DNA of 63,628 nucleotides, filler included, from Choristocarpus tenellus KU-1152 (lineage: Eukaryota > Protista > Phaeophyceae): the NCBI GenBank assembly GCA_964200185.2. It is 9 parts of 9 records of this genome, joined end to end, with 100 filler letters (N's around TTAATTAATTAA, not from the genome) between each part and the next. Parts side by side here need not be neighbours in the genome. Positions count along the whole stretch, not along the records: positions 35,581 to 43,524 come from CAXNAD020005358.1; positions 43,625 to 51,930 come from CAXNAD020004871.1; positions 52,031 to 55,171 come from CAXNAD020022029.1; 6 more parts are not named here. One strand, given 5' to 3'. The notes under the pieces are model-generated. The model ran no database searches. It was not told the origin of the DNA and was given only the letters and a program-made list of their open reading frames with translations. Shown here in pieces: positions 37,901 through 52,106 of this stretch. Positions within the stretch are counted from its first letter, which is position 1. The number at the start of each line of letters is the position of its first letter. A program made the translations under genes and the position numbers.

Positions 37901-40235
37901 AACCCACTCATGTGGTGGTGGGAAATTGCTTCTTTCAACCATCGGATAAAATTGCTCACAGCAGTCTGGCCATTCTTGCTACATAAGCAGTCTTGGAGCA
38001 CAGTTATCAATATTTGGGAATAATTCAACACCGAAATGAACAGGGTGGGGACACATAAAGTAGAGCTCTTTGAGTCCCTGTGCAGCACCTACCTGCGGGT
38101 GGATACATAGGAGATTGCCAAGGATGGCAAAAAAGAGGCTACAAGTGGAAGATTGCAATCACAGGTGCACACAAGTAGATAAGGGAATGTAAAAAGATTA
38201 CCAACCAGGGGGACCTTTTAACCTCAGGGTGCTTTATTTGCCCACATTGATTTCAGCTGCATGCATGGACAATTTCAGAGGGACGGCTTAATTTTTCTAT
38301 TGATACAAAACTTGGGCTCAACATGTCATACATAGAAAAACATGATGCTCTCTTAAGGAAGGTTAACTTCTTTAGCATTTTGAACAATACAGCATACTTC
38401 AAAAAGTGGATTATATCAAAATCAAATGACCATGAGCATTGTCCTGGACAACACAAGGAAGAGAGCAAATGGACCCAAGCATTTGCTGGACAATGGATGC
38501 TATCAGAATAGTAACGGACTCATACTTATCCTCCTTGCATTATTCCTTCTTTCCTCTGTCAAAATCAAACTCTTGTTTTTAAAAAGAACATAAATGTGGC
38601 TCTTCTGTGGAAAACAATTGGGTACATTGACTCTAACCTTAACCAGTCCAAAGTAGAAAGGTGCAAGCTCGACAAATTAAATGCCAACAATTTTGTAAAC
38701 CTCGGTCATCAACTGCATAACCTTCTACCTGAAATAAAGTGAAATATGCACACCAGAACCCTGAAACAGTGGAATCCAGGGAAATCAGGTATGTCTGCAC
38801 ACAGAAAACCTACTATAGTTAGAAAAATGATATCAAATTTTCCTTGATCACAGCAGTTCTACTACTTTCAAAAATATCTGGTTTCCACTTTTCAAAGTCC
38901 ATGAGGCAAGCATATTGGATTGTGCACTTGTACAATTACTAGTATTTTCAACAGTTATTTACGTAGCAGACAGTATGGAAACCATCACAGTGGGTGGCAC
39001 CTCACCCATCCTGGTGTTACTGCTCTTGCTACTCTTGTTGACGTGGAAGGATGGTAACTATCCCAGATCCACACTGTACCTTCATTTCACTCTCTGTCAC
39101 TATCGGCCACAGCAATGGTCGCACCAGTGTGAGATACTTTACAAGCTTTCGTGCACCACTATCACGTTTGTCCACTCATACATTTTTATTTACATATATA
39201 TATATATATATATATTTGCTTGCCACTTGGTCACTAAGGCAGGCTTTGCACACCATTGCCTGCCCATGAATGAGCCACTTCTCCACCTGGTCATGGATAA
39301 GGATCCTGTCTTACATCTGACTGTCAATTCACCTCCATGATGGGAACCAGTCCCTAAAACTCCGCATATTTCAATCCTGGAGTATTGCCCTAGTGAACAT
39401 CTTGGTTGTTCCCCGTTTACTAACTCTGTGTCACTCTGCATCACACCATTGTTCTTCCAAAAGCTCCTGTCCAGATGGTTCCACAAAAATGAACTTTTGA
39501 CACCCTCACAAATGTCATGTTACAGATGAATGGCAAAGGCTGCGCTTCCCATTGGCACCAACTATAACTCCTTCTAGAGACTTGGTTTGATGCACGCCCA
39601 CCCCCTCCCCTAACAAGCCTTCAATTGATACATATACCATGCTAGAATCAATGTGGAATCTGAACTACCAGCCACTTATGCCTCTCAGTGCATGCATATC
39701 CTTGCAACACTCTCACCAGTTTTGCATCCTCATCATGATCTTCTCTCAATGTTCCTCCCCTGTACACATTTTCTTGACTGTGTAAAATAAATACACAATA
39801 CACAATACACATCTCAGAACTGGCTCCTTTCCAACTATGCCTCAGTCAATATATCCACATCCCCAGCACTTCACACATGATCCTAGGAGATCTTGAATGT
39901 ACTACTAATCGACTGTAAACCACTGTAAACTATACTTGTCTACTGCTACTACTGTAGTATCTCCCTCTGTAGCCATCAAACATACACAGTTGATACAGGC
40001 CTCTCATCCAACAGTCAGATGGGGGAAATTAAAGTGATTGTTGTTGTAAACCATAGTTCACCAACTGCTTCAAGAGATCTCTCTCAAGTGCTCTTGCAGC
40101 ATACTCTCATCACCATTGTACAAATAATATCAGACTTCACGATAACAAACTTGGGTGGTCTCTTATCAGGTAATCTCAAGATATGGAAAGAATGACGATA
40201 TCTGCTGTGTGATGTATAAAAACCTTCCATCCGTC

Positions 40236-40493
40236 AAGTCAAAGTATCTTAGAGGGTAGATCCGCGTCCATTTGGGTGCAAATCCAATGTTGCGATTTGG
40301 ATGTAATGTTGGCTAACATGTTTTGTTAGGAAGTGTCAATATCCATCTTCCGGACACACCTTTTCATAATGTATACATTTTACCTACTCCTAAACATTTC
40401 AGACTAGGAAAATGTCATAATAAAACCTATTGGAAGCCAAGCCCCAAATGGACAAACAGGGCAAAACTTGTACCCTCTAAGATACTCTTACTC
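40236..40493. mobile_element. MITE family B copy (about 255 bp); partial ends also at 27859-27898 and 63603-63628
   Basis: Perfect 16-bp inverted repeat AGTATCTTAGAGGGTA (40243-40258)/TACCCTCTAAGATACT (40471-40486); subterminal GTCCATTTGGG/CCCAAATGGAC shared with family A. Confidence 0.8.
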
Positions 40494-40737
40494 TGTCTTC
40501 ATATTAATATGACTCATCATAGTGAAGGTGATACAGAAAGAGGAGCATGAGCGCAATGATGAGGAGGTGTACACAAACGAATGAGCTTCAAAGGGCATAC
40601 AACTCTATCAAGTGTGGAAAGGTGGCATTATTTGTAACATCCCTAACTCTACCAAGGCATTTCTTACTTGACCTTTTGAGAGATCACAATCCCTTCTACT
40701 CAATTCTCTAGTCAAACATTTACACACATAGGCCAAC

Positions 40738-40855
40738 AACTCTATCACTTCGCCTGATCAATTCACTCTATCAATTAACCTGATCAATTCACTCTATCAG
40801 TTAACTCTATCAATTCACTCTATCAATATACTCTACTCTATCAATTAACCTGATC
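40738..40855. repeat. Degenerate tandem repeat of ACTCTATCAATT / ACCTGATCAATT units
   Basis: Directly visible. Confidence 0.8.
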
Positions 40856-42099
40856 ACAAGAACGACAAAAGCAGCAGTCTTTAACTTCAACTTCCTGGGG
40901 TGTATCATCAACCACAAAAAGGTAGGGTCACAGTGCCAGAAGGGCAAGATCCTACTACGTAATATAGATAGTAGAAGCAGGCATATCTACTTGTGTTCAG
41001 ATTAACATTGGGTATAAGGCACAGTACATAAATACAGATACATAGATACTTAGATACGTACATACATACATACATACATACATACGTACGTACATACAAC
41101 AAATAGTATCTGCAATCTGAGAGTGTGCACATATCTTCCATGGATTGTCTTATCCTTTCAATGTTCAAGTAGGAGATCACAAGGAGCATGATCTGCGTTG
41201 CTATCCCTTGATGGGCAATAAAGAGTATTCTCTTCCAAAATTTCAGGCAACCCGATCAGATTGCAACACCAAACCACCAATTTAATCCAAGCAATATCAA
41301 CAACAAAATGTGTAGTAGGAGTATGTAAAAATGTCAATTGCCGTAAGTCTAAACCTAACCTCACATCCACTTCAACTGCATCATACTTCGAAGCATACCA
41401 CTATTGAAGGAACTAATAGGTAGGCCAGGTTTTTTTGCACTTTTCTAATAGGCAAAATTTCATTTTGCATGCTACTCTTTGCTGCATCACTACCCAGTCC
41501 CTTCCAATCTATTGATACTGTGTGGTGCATTGAAAAGATCACAATCCTGGCAATCCAGAGATATGCTCATCGTTTTCAGGCAAGATCAAGGGATTGCATA
41601 GTTGTAGTTGTAGTTGTAGTTGTAGTTGAGCTGTCCGTTTTAGGGTTGTAAAATCGGGGACACTACAATCTTGTCCCAATGACACCCAATGAATCAACAG
41701 ATTCTTCGATGTAGTGGCTGGGAACCTTGAAATCAGGACTACAAGGGGATTTTCGGGTATACCAAACTGTTAACTAGATACATGTGATTCTGCATGGGGT
41801 ATCACAAATCTAGTTATGAATTGAGTTATGAATTGGGTTGTGAGGAGTTTGTGAGAGGCTGAATCATAGGGAAATACAACTTTGGAAAGAAGGTGGGCAA
41901 AGGACAAATGCACAAAAGGAGAAGAAGACAACAGCAAGGCTACTGGCCTTGAGCGAGGCCGCCAACTGTGGCTGGATGAAGAAGTTGAAGCTGGAGACGG
42001 ATGAAAAGCATAAAGAGGTACGCTAAGGGACAACCTTACTGCTCCCCCTCAGTATTAGAGGTCGAGGAGGATGTAGACGAGTATAACAGAGAGCAGGAG

Positions 42100-42760
42100 G
42101 ATACGGATGGATGAATAGGTGAATGGAGACATGGCAGCCAGTGTAGAGATGAAAAAAATAATGAACCTGCACAAGCTCAAAACAATTCCATACTTATCTT
42201 CAGTGAACCAAACATCAATCAATAGCAAGGTCTTAGAGGCCAGTTCCACATAGTAAAATGCAAACACTCACACTACTTTGTGCCTACCATGAGCAGAATG
42301 CACCAAATATCTGTGCTCCCTTTCCTTTTTCATGCCTTGTACGCCAAACACTTCAAAATACTTCACGACTTCATCAACAGTAAATGCTTTACTTCTCAAG
42401 TCCTGTATCACCTAACATCACCACCTCCTACTATACAAGCACCTTTACCTAAGCTCTCTGCCAACGTAAGCTTCTTCATGTAAAACAGTAAATTATAGTT
42501 GCTTTTTCCCAGCGGCAGTAAATTCCTGAAATTGCTTTTTCCCATTCCAACAACCTCAAACACCTGTAATTGCTTCATACCATGTGCTACCTGTATAAAA
42601 TCATTTTTTCTGGTCATATCACCGAATGCCCCTTGCCGTCACCTTTCACCTCGTATCTACTTTATAAGATTTGACCAAGAATCGCAACATTTATGGCTAT
42701 ATGCCTACCTAATAGTTTTCCAAAACAGTATGACAAAAGGGAGGATAACCAAAATCAGAA
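42100..42760 (-). mobile_element. Possible LINE RT N-terminal relic
   Basis: IQDLRSKAFTVDEVV and KYGIVLSL loosely resemble LKxxKAxGxDxI and YRGIxLLS. Confidence 0.25.
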
Positions 42761-43287
42761 ATAGGTAGTAGAGTGATACGTGCACAACATAACTCTTGGG
42801 CCGGACATTAAAAACAGTGCCATCCTAACCATAAATAACTGTTCAAAAAAAATATTTTTATGATTGGAGTTTGGGATGGTGCAATGTAGGTGAGTTTACC
42901 AACCTAGATTCTTCATGCCCAAAACGTGAGGCACATTTTGTAACTGTACTAAATGACACATTTTATAACTGTACTAAATGACCTATTGGCACCACCACTG
43001 GTGTGTGCTTGCATGACTCACATTCAATTTGAGAAAGTCTTGAGCCTGTTCCAGCACCCAGCACATGTGTCGGACACATGAATCCCCATTGTGTGCCAGG
43101 CTGGCACCATTGAATACAGTGTAGAGCACTGGCTGTCCAGTTACATCTGTGCCTACAATTCTCAAGTTGTGTGCCCACGGATCCTTTGAGGAATGACGTC
43201 ACCAGAGTGAACAATTAAAATCATAAGACAGATATCATTCCAAAGGTTAGAATATAGATAGATCTCTTTTAAGGGATGCGACACCAA

Positions 43288-43345
43288 GTTAGGGTTAGGG
43301 ATCCAATCAGGGTTAGGGATCCAATCAGGGTTAGGGTTAGGGTTA
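43288..43345 (+). repeat. Interstitial telomere-like array with 18-bp unit AGGGTTAGGGATCCAATC
   Basis: Directly visible. Confidence 0.85.
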
Positions 43346-44850
43346 TAGATGTGAAAATGACACAGGGGGTAGGACAATTCAAAGAGCTGAACTGATGAAA
43401 AGCTGGAAATTCAAAACATACTAGTGTTGGATGTGGGGGTGGGGGGGGTGAGGAAATGGCATCTAAAAAGAGGAAGTAGGCAAAAAAAAAAAAGGGGTAT
43501 GGTTTGCTGTAATATCCCTTAGAANNNNNNNNNNNNNNNNNNNNNNNNNNNNNNNNNNNNNNNNNNNNTTAATTAATTAANNNNNNNNNNNNNNNNNNNN
43601 NNNNNNNNNNNNNNNNNNNNNNNNAAAAAAAAAACAGAAAAGAATAGTGGGTTAGGGTTAGGGTTAGGGATAGGTTAAAAATGAAGACGATACTGGAAGT
43701 AGTAAAATGTAGAGACTACATACACAACAGAAATAAAATAAAAATAAAAATAAAAATAAAACAAGAAACATGAAGAGGCCAGCAGCATACACCTTAAATT
43801 AAAAATAGAGAGAGAGAGAGAGAGAGAGGGTAGTCCGTGTGAAGGGTGAAATGTTGATTTAAATTTGAGATCACATCCAGTGTAACACACCCTATTTCCA
43901 TATTGAACATACGCTATGTTGCTTTGCAGTATGTGACATTTTTTTAACCCCAGTGTAATACTCCCTATTTCCATATTTAACATACACAATATAGGACCTT
44001 CAAAAATGAAATTGACACTGCAGAAGAGAGTCGGACAAATAAATCGCCATGGTTGAGCAAGGGTTCTTCTCATTTTAAAAATGCACAAAAATGGGTGGTT
44101 TTTGTTCACTTCTACGTACCCTTGCAATCCCACCATGTACAATCCCACCATGTACAACTCTCTCTTAGTATGACTGCACCACACTGCACTTGATAACACC
44201 CTCCACAGGAGGGTGTCACAGCAGCTCCTCAAGTTTGTAATCGCAATCTTGTTTACATTCAAGAAAAAAATTGTTACCTTCACCATTTGTCAGCCTTTTC
44301 GTTGCTACAAACAATATATTTATGTATATACACACACACATATATACATACATAAATGGTAACATACTAATCTACTTCAACCTCAAAAAATACAAAGGTT
44401 GCACCAATTTGTTTTTTCTTCCCTAGTATAAGAACCCTCACAAATAATCCCACCCCCTGCACACTCATTACAAATAAAAAAAAGAAATGCATCACACACA
44501 AATTATACTCCAATGACAAATCTTTCAATTCATATCTCTGCTGAAATAATAAAAAACGTATCGGTTCTAACACCCCACACAAGAAAAAATAAAACTCGGT
44601 TGTTATCATTTCCCTCCCCACACAAAAATTTTATGTTCAAATATTACCCCTAACCCCAACCCCTAACCCTTACCCAAAAGAGATTCAATTGGGTGTGCTG
44701 GTACAATGAATGCAGTATTCAATGTGTTCAACATGTGGTAAACCCTTTTCAGATTACAGAGTACATAATCACACTTATAACACAGCAACTCAACTCTCTA
44801 CCCCCAAAAAACAATTGCTGGAAAAGCCAAAGTCAAAAAACACATTATCA

Positions 44851-45097
44851 CAACACTGTTACAAGAGTGTTGCATTGAGTGCCACAACACTATTACAAGA
44901 GTGTTGCATTGAGTGCCACAACACTGTTACAAGAGTGTTGCATTGAGTGCCACAACACTGTTACAAGAGTGTTGCATTGAGTGCCACAACACTATTACAA
45001 GAGTGTTGCATTGAGTGCCGCAACACTGTTACAAGAGTGTTGCATTGAGTGCCACAACACTGTTACAAGAGTGTTGCATTGAGTGCCGCAACACTGT
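44851..45097. repeat. 34-bp minisatellite, 7 units plus partial, with internal palindrome
   Basis: CAACACTGTTACAAGAGTGTTGCATTGAGTGCCA repeated head-to-tail. Confidence 0.97.
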
Positions 45098-46138
45098 CCT
45101 TGTTATGAACACGCCATTTCCCTCTCATGTGTGAATACACACACAGCACAATGGTCATTCACCTTCAGTCAAACGCCTCCCTGATCTCTTACTGTACAAA
45201 AATCATAAAATTTCCAGATATGTCGGAAGACCGCCCAATAAAACACTCCCAATTTTAAAACACTGTCCTTAATAAATAAAAACTACAAATAAATTACACC
45301 TGTCGAGTTTGCATTTTGATGGGAACTCTACCACTTGCACAGTACACTTACACAGTACACTTAAAAATCATTTATGGCAAGTGGTACACAGTCATCCTAC
45401 AGGCAGGTTTTCTGACAAACTGGACAGTATGGTCATTGTAATAGAACACCATCTGGATGGTAGGGTTTGGTAGAGTGAATACCACCAACAGTCACCATGG
45501 TACCATTTTGAGATGACAACGGCTGTCCACGGATTTTTGAGTATCTCCATGCTCACCAATGATAGGTTGTAGATTTCTGACTTTGGGGATAAGGTGTGAT
45601 AATTTACCAACTGCCAAATTTTCCTCAACAGTAACTGTAACTTTAACAGTAACTGTCAAAAAACCGTGGCGGTTACTATAGTCGTAACAACCATGTAGGG
45701 CACAGAACTTCTTGACGATAGTTTACTTCTCCAACAACCTCGACCAGAACATAGCAAATAGATAACAGCCATGTGACCATACAAAAAAACACGTGAGTTA
45801 ACAGCACTCTACACAGAACCATTACTTCCCAAAAAAAAAGTCATGGCAAAAAACGATCTATACAATCATCAAGATAAAAACACTCACACATAAAAAACAA
45901 AAAAAATGTTCTTGTCTAGTAGGTTGGTCTCTTTTATCATTAACTCTTCACCAATGGTGATCATAAAACAAACAATAGACCACACCAAACCAAATGTTCA
46001 AATATTTACACAGGTACAACTCTTCACACCTACAACAACAACAAAAAAACACCCACCCCACACATTGCACCAATAGATAGAATCAATTTCAATGGCCACT
46101 GCAAGAGGCGGATTATAAATAGTGAAAATAGTGATAAC

Positions 46139-49100
46139 CTAGAGGTCACTCATTGTTGTAGAAACCCCGACAGAAGTTGGTTTGTTCCAACTCGGACTCT
46201 GACTCAGATCAAGTCGTGCTTCCTCAGTGTCTATCTTGGTAGATACAACATTACTAGAGATACCCTGAATAATAAGATTCTCTGATTCATGATTGAATAG
46301 ACTCACACATACCCTAACCCTAACCCTAACCAGAAGAATCACCATCACCACATATCACTACCATCTCTTTTCAAACGATACCACCATGCATAAAATTCAA
46401 CTCACCTCACCACCTCACTCCATACAACCTACTTCTGCGACAATGGAGATGTCAACATGTCAGCCCACCTAGCTACCACTACCCATCATGGTTGAACTAA
46501 GATACATGCAGTTTATTACGGCTCTCTTCAGACTCTCTTCACATTAATGCCAAAGGAAACAATAGTAACACCACCTCAGGAATCAAGGAAAAGAAGGACA
46601 TAATCCCAAACGTGGAGATTCATCTTCACAACCTTCATACAACCTTCATTTCCTTGACCCTCTCTGAAACAAATGCACTTACTACCTTTGTATCATACCA
46701 TTCTTCAAGTGGAAAATCACACATCTCACTAATGGTATGGGCATTGAACTGGTTCCCATACCCGACTCAACAAATTGTTCATGACTAAGGAACCAAACCT
46801 TGCAGAAAAATAAAAATATACGGGGTCGGGGATCACTCTGGGAAAGATCGTTCAGAACACATTAGACCTGGTTGTTCTAAAACATCAACAGTCAGGATCC
46901 AGACCTTCATAACATGTTTTCGATCAGTCCACTTGCTGGCGCAGGTCAGATATTTCAGAAAATTCATCCATCATGATCCAGATCGTTGTTAAGAAGCACA
47001 TTAGATCATATTAAACAGTACATAGAGGCATGGCAGGTACACTTTAAACAGGTATATTTTAAACAGGTACACTTTAAATAGGTACTCCTTAAACAAGTAC
47101 ACTTTAAAAAGGTACACCTTAAACAGGTACACTATAAACAGGTACACTTTAAAACGGTACACTTCAAACAGGTACACTTTAAAAAGGTACACCTTAAACA
47201 GGTACACTATAAACAGGTACACTTTAAAACGGTACACTTCAAACAGGTACACTTTAAAAAGGTACACCTTAAACAGGTACACTGTAAACAGGTACACTTT
47301 AAAACGGTACACTTCAAACAGGTACACCTCACACTCACCGGTCTGGTACAGTGAAAAAAAATCGCAACACTCCAGGCTAACAAAGACAAAAAAGTATAGT
47401 AGTAAAAAAAAAAAAAAAAATGAAACGAAAGGAATGGACACACTCCACTCACGTCATGGATGATAGTGGCCAAGAACACAGTCGAGACCACCAGTCCCAA
47501 CCCCACCATGCAGCCAAGCCCCACTATCAAGACCGTGTTGCTCTCAATAAAAGTGCTGTTTCCTCCCCTGTCACTTGGCGTACAAGGCAAGCCTAGCCGC
47601 CCCGCCACGCAGCACGGACAGTCCACCCTGCACAGTAAAAACGTCAAATGGAAACTTTTATCCTCATCTCTTTTTGTACGGATGGATGTTCTCACACACG
47701 CACATCTTTTAGAAACCTTACAACACGCTTCCTCTCTTTTCTTCTCATCATCATAGCATACCTATATACCTTTCTAAGTCACACTTACACCTTTCTCGAG
47801 ACATATCCAATTAGATCTCACTACAGATACAACACCCCCTCCCTATCAAAACTGTGATATTTCTCAAGAGATTACTAGCTTGTTGTTGCATCCTGGTTGA
47901 CTATCAACACATTCACAATGCCGCAGGACACATAAATGAAACGAAAATCAACTCACCAGTCTGGTACTCGATAATGTGGGTTTTCCTCTACCCAGGCGTT
48001 CTTGTTGATAAAGCAGAGACGGCAAGCAGAGTGCGCCGTCTCCAATCCCAGCCCTAACCCTATCAACGCATCCTGGTCAACCCCTCCGCACCCATTAACC
48101 GAGGAGGACTGGTCTGATGCACACACCTCTTCATAATAGAAGCCTATGTGTGGGGAGTACCCAACCTTGGGTGCGGATGTACACAAGCGAGTCGTGTTAG
48201 TTAAGAGTGTGGTGATGGTGTACAACAGGTACAACAGGTGTGTGTGGTTAGGGTTAGGGGTGCAAATTCATTCGAGGTAGAAAAAAATCAGGATTTCCCA
48301 ACCTTGGCATGGATACGTACCTGTGTGAATCCTTTTAGTAGATGGTGTATGAGAGAGTACTATGTGTGAATGAGTATTAGGGTTAGGGGGAAGAGATTGA
48401 TAGAGATCAATATCACACACAAGGAGTTCCAGCACCTTGGTATGGATGCACACATTTCAAGTACTAGTATATGCCTTCACAAAGGGAAAGGTGAAATGAA
48501 AATTTCCTGATAAAAAACTAGGCTACAGGTGAGGTATGAATTTGTCTCCAATACATTGATACAGCAAAGTAGTGTTGTAAATTTCAATATATCAAGATAT
48601 TCAACAGTGTAACATGATCAATATCGAAGCAAATATAATCGACTCTATTATTCACACAAATATAATCATCTCTATTATTCACACAAATATAATCGACTCT
48701 ATTATTGACACAAATATAATCAACTCTATTATTCACACAAATATAATCATCTCTATTATTCACACAAATATAATCATCTCTATTATTCACACAAATTATC
48801 CCCTCCTTTTCTTGTATTTGTAGACGTGCACATACATCATACACCAATATCAACAATGTTTCTTAAATCAATATCAATATATATATTAATCAGGATAAGA
48901 GATCTGTTCCAGACCAACGCACAGAATTAACACAAGCAACACATTGTAACAATCAATAATATCAACACTACACTTTAACAATACATATCAAACAGAACGG
49001 TCATCAATAATACACAGCACAGTCTACACATGAACCTACCCACCACACCCCTAACCCTAACCCACTCCACACAAATACAACAAATTAGTACAAAGACACA

Positions 49101-51741
49101 CAATCCATATCCACACCAATATCAAACTATCAAACACATCAAACATAAATACTCACACATACCTACATAATTACATTTCTACCCACACCTTCTATTCAAT
49201 GTACTCACCCTGTCTCATGCAAGTGCTATCATATTCATACTTTATCCACCCAAACCCTAACCCTCACCTCTTTAGAGATTTCTGCACAAGGTGAACGAAG
49301 TGGAAGGTCACACACATCCCCCTCTGCATTAAGAGGCACAATCCCTTCCACCACCGCTTGTTCCTGGACTGTTACAGTACACGCCTCACCCGATACTACA
49401 AATCTCGCTGAGTCCTCCCCTTCGCCCTGGGCCTCTCCACAGACCTCCCAAGAAATATCATCAGACTGAGAACAAAAAACAAGGTACATACGAATGTACG
49501 TATATATGTATATATGTATGTATGTATGCATGCATGCATGTATGTATTATGTATGTATGTATGTATGTATGTATGTACATATTGGAGGGGTGATTTTAAA
49601 GCAACACACATTTACTTTTTTTTTAAATCTAGTAAGTGATGGAATACCACCTTTTTTTCATTATAGAAGAATCGATTTTGACATCACACTGTACCATTGA
49701 AATAAAAAACTATTATTCTATTGAAATTATCTCAGAGGACTCTTCCAGTAACTTATTCAAGACACAAGTCATAAAAAGACACTAGAGAACAAACAAAAAA
49801 AAAAAAATAAAGTTATTTCTCTCAACACTTGTTACAGGCAGGAACATCAAAAAATGACCTTTAAAAATGTATATATTTATTTGTAAATAACAGTTACGTA
49901 CTCCAGCAAAAGAAAAATAAATCATTTTTCGGAATACCTATGTGATCCGTGACAGTCGTGTACAACATATTGTAAGGTTAGGGCTAGGGCTAGGGTCCGT
50001 ACTAGGGACTACACCTATACAGGTAGGTGTACCCATCAGAGGAGAAACCGTACACCAAACAGCATACATCTCAGATGTCAAACGATAAATGATAGGGTTA
50101 GGGTTGAAAATACAAATCTTCGGGAGATCACATTACGGCATGGGGTGCACCTCTGATGGTACAAGCTAAGTGCATCATACTGTGATTAGTTTGCTACACA
50201 GTCATCCCATAACACCAACTCACGCCCTAACACTTACCAATGTTGCAATACCTTCACATTCATAGTCTTCAAGTTCATCTCTTGGATGCGCTGTAGTAGT
50301 GCTCGGTGTTCATCACACTATAAAACGAAAAAAGGCATCAATATCTACACAAAACCAAGCATACCTCACAAGCAGTAACAGCACAAGTGTATAAATTATC
50401 CCTAACACCAGCCAACAGTCGGGAGCACTAACCCTTACACTAACCCAACTATAACATTTATAAAGAAGAAAACTTTCACCCTTGTGCAACATTAATCAAA
50501 CAATAGGGAACACTAATCCTAGTACAACACCAATCAAAACTAGAGAATACTAACCCCTAATACAACATTAATCAAACAACAGAAAAATCTAACCCTAGTA
50601 CAACACCAATCAAACATTAGAGAACACTAACCCTAGTACAACAAATACTATGCACTAGAAAACCCTAACTCTAACCTGCACTTTGTAAGCCAGCAACACA
50701 CTCAACACAGGACTTTCATCTAGACTGGCGATCATGTAAATGACACGTTACAAATATATATTAGTAGTAGTAGTAGTACATCTCGTTTCAATACTTGCAG
50801 CAAATGCACATACATTCCCAGCCATTTTTTTAAAAATTGATGCACTGCATGAATTTTTCCCTTCAAATCAACAAAATATCGGACATTTACTCAGCCCCCC
50901 CCCCAAAAAAAAACATGCATTTGTCCTTTTCAATTCCTCTTCAAATTGATTAATAAGGGCACCATCACGAAATTAAAAAAAAACACCTCAAAATGGTTTA
51001 CATTGTAATTCATTTTCCACCAGGAAATTTCTGCTCCACTCCAAACTCCTTCAACGTTCTTCCCTCGACAACATATCCAAATGAGCAAAACACAGTCTTC
51101 AAAGGAAGTTGCACAAAACAAAAAAAAAGCAGTGAGCGCCACAAGAAAATTCCGATTATCAGAACAGAACATTACCCATGGATGGGTCCATGACCATCAT
51201 CAACCAATAATAATAATAAAAAGTGTCATCATAATAAAGGCGATCATCACCAACTGAAAAAAAAGAGACCTACAACACTAAACTAAGAACAGAACCGTTC
51301 TAAAAAATATATTATACAAATAATGAGGAAATAAGAACAATATTAATAAGAACCATTTTTTTCCCACATACAGTATTATACCAGCCAATACAAAAAAAAG
51401 TGTGACGTTTAACAACAAAAGTACCCCCAAATAAACAAAGGTTAGGTAAACAAACTACTACCTACCCATGCTGCATTCGCTGTTGTTCCAAATGTGTACT
51501 CTCCATCCACCAAGCACACACGAGAACGCTTCGCAAGGTGATACGCTTCAAGCGTACCCTCACCCACAACAACGCCTCCTGGTTCCTCCCCATCACCACC
51601 AATAGAAGAAGATGAAGAAGAGGAGGAGTCGTTATTGGCAGAGGATGAGGTGTTGGATGCCATCGCTCTGACAGACCAGGTGTTAGACCGCCCTGGGATG
51701 GCTCCAATCCACCCGTCGCCAAAACTGTCCCAACCTATAAT
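46139..51741 (-). CDS. Cys-rich single-pass membrane protein, 3' part; exons 51741-51466, 49465-49268, 48165-47957, 47627-47453 and probably 46264-46139 (stop)
   Basis: In-phase GT-AG exons: DSFGDGW...CLVDGEYTF...AAWSDDISWEVCG; a Cys module (C...NGCGG...CRLCF...DCPCC); TM helix VLIVGLGCMVGLGLVVSTVFLATII. The last exon is less certain. Confidence 0.75.
47034..47328. repeat. 15-bp minisatellite (AAACAGGTACACTTT), about 20 units, with 75-bp higher-order period
   Basis: Variant pattern recurs every 5 units. Confidence 0.97.
48630..48796. repeat. 27-bp minisatellite, 6 units
   Basis: CAAATATAATCATCTCTATTATTCACA with minor variants. Confidence 0.95.
50425..50680. repeat. Degenerate roughly 42-bp tandem repeat containing CTAACCCTA
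   Basis: ACTAACCCTAGTACAACACCAATCAAAC-like units recur about 5 times. Confidence 0.75.
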
Positions 51742-52030
51742 CTGAAAAAAAAACAAAAAATGCAAGTTTTTTGGGGGGAGGTCATTTTTTATTTTTACTG
51801 TGCAAAAAAATAAATATATAAAAATATATATATATATTATATTATCTCGATAAATTCACTTACTTTTCAACTGACTCTGCCAGGTATGGACAGGTCATAC
51901 ACGAGAGATGAGAATGTAGTATTAGACTGGNNNNNNNNNNNNNNNNNNNNNNNNNNNNNNNNNNNNNNNNNNNNTTAATTAATTAANNNNNNNNNNNNNN
52001 NNNNNNNNNNNNNNNNNNNNNNNNNNNNNN

Positions 52031-52106
52031 AAGTAGCCCAAAATCGCGACATGAAAAATTTGACCCCAAATGGACAGCCGCCACCCCCTGCTAGATACTT
52101 TGAGTC
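52031..52106 (-). mobile_element. MITE family A end at contig break
   Basis: TTGACCCCAAATGGACAGCCGCCACCCCC...AGATACTTTGAGTC is the reverse complement of the family's left end. Confidence 0.82.

Noticed and set aside
6190-44286. Long ORF-track entries such as 6190-6774(-), 7126-7638(-), 17213-17854(+) and 43675-44286(-) as standalone genes
   Set aside because: They are antisense or intronic, low-complexity, or chimeric across a TE junction, with no coherent protein features.
44851-45097. CRISPR array (34-bp palindromic repeats)
   Set aside because: Units are contiguous with no unique spacers, no cas genes are present, and the context is eukaryotic.
47001-47441. FKVYL-repeat protein ORF
   Set aside because: By-product of a stop-free 15-bp minisatellite inside an intron.
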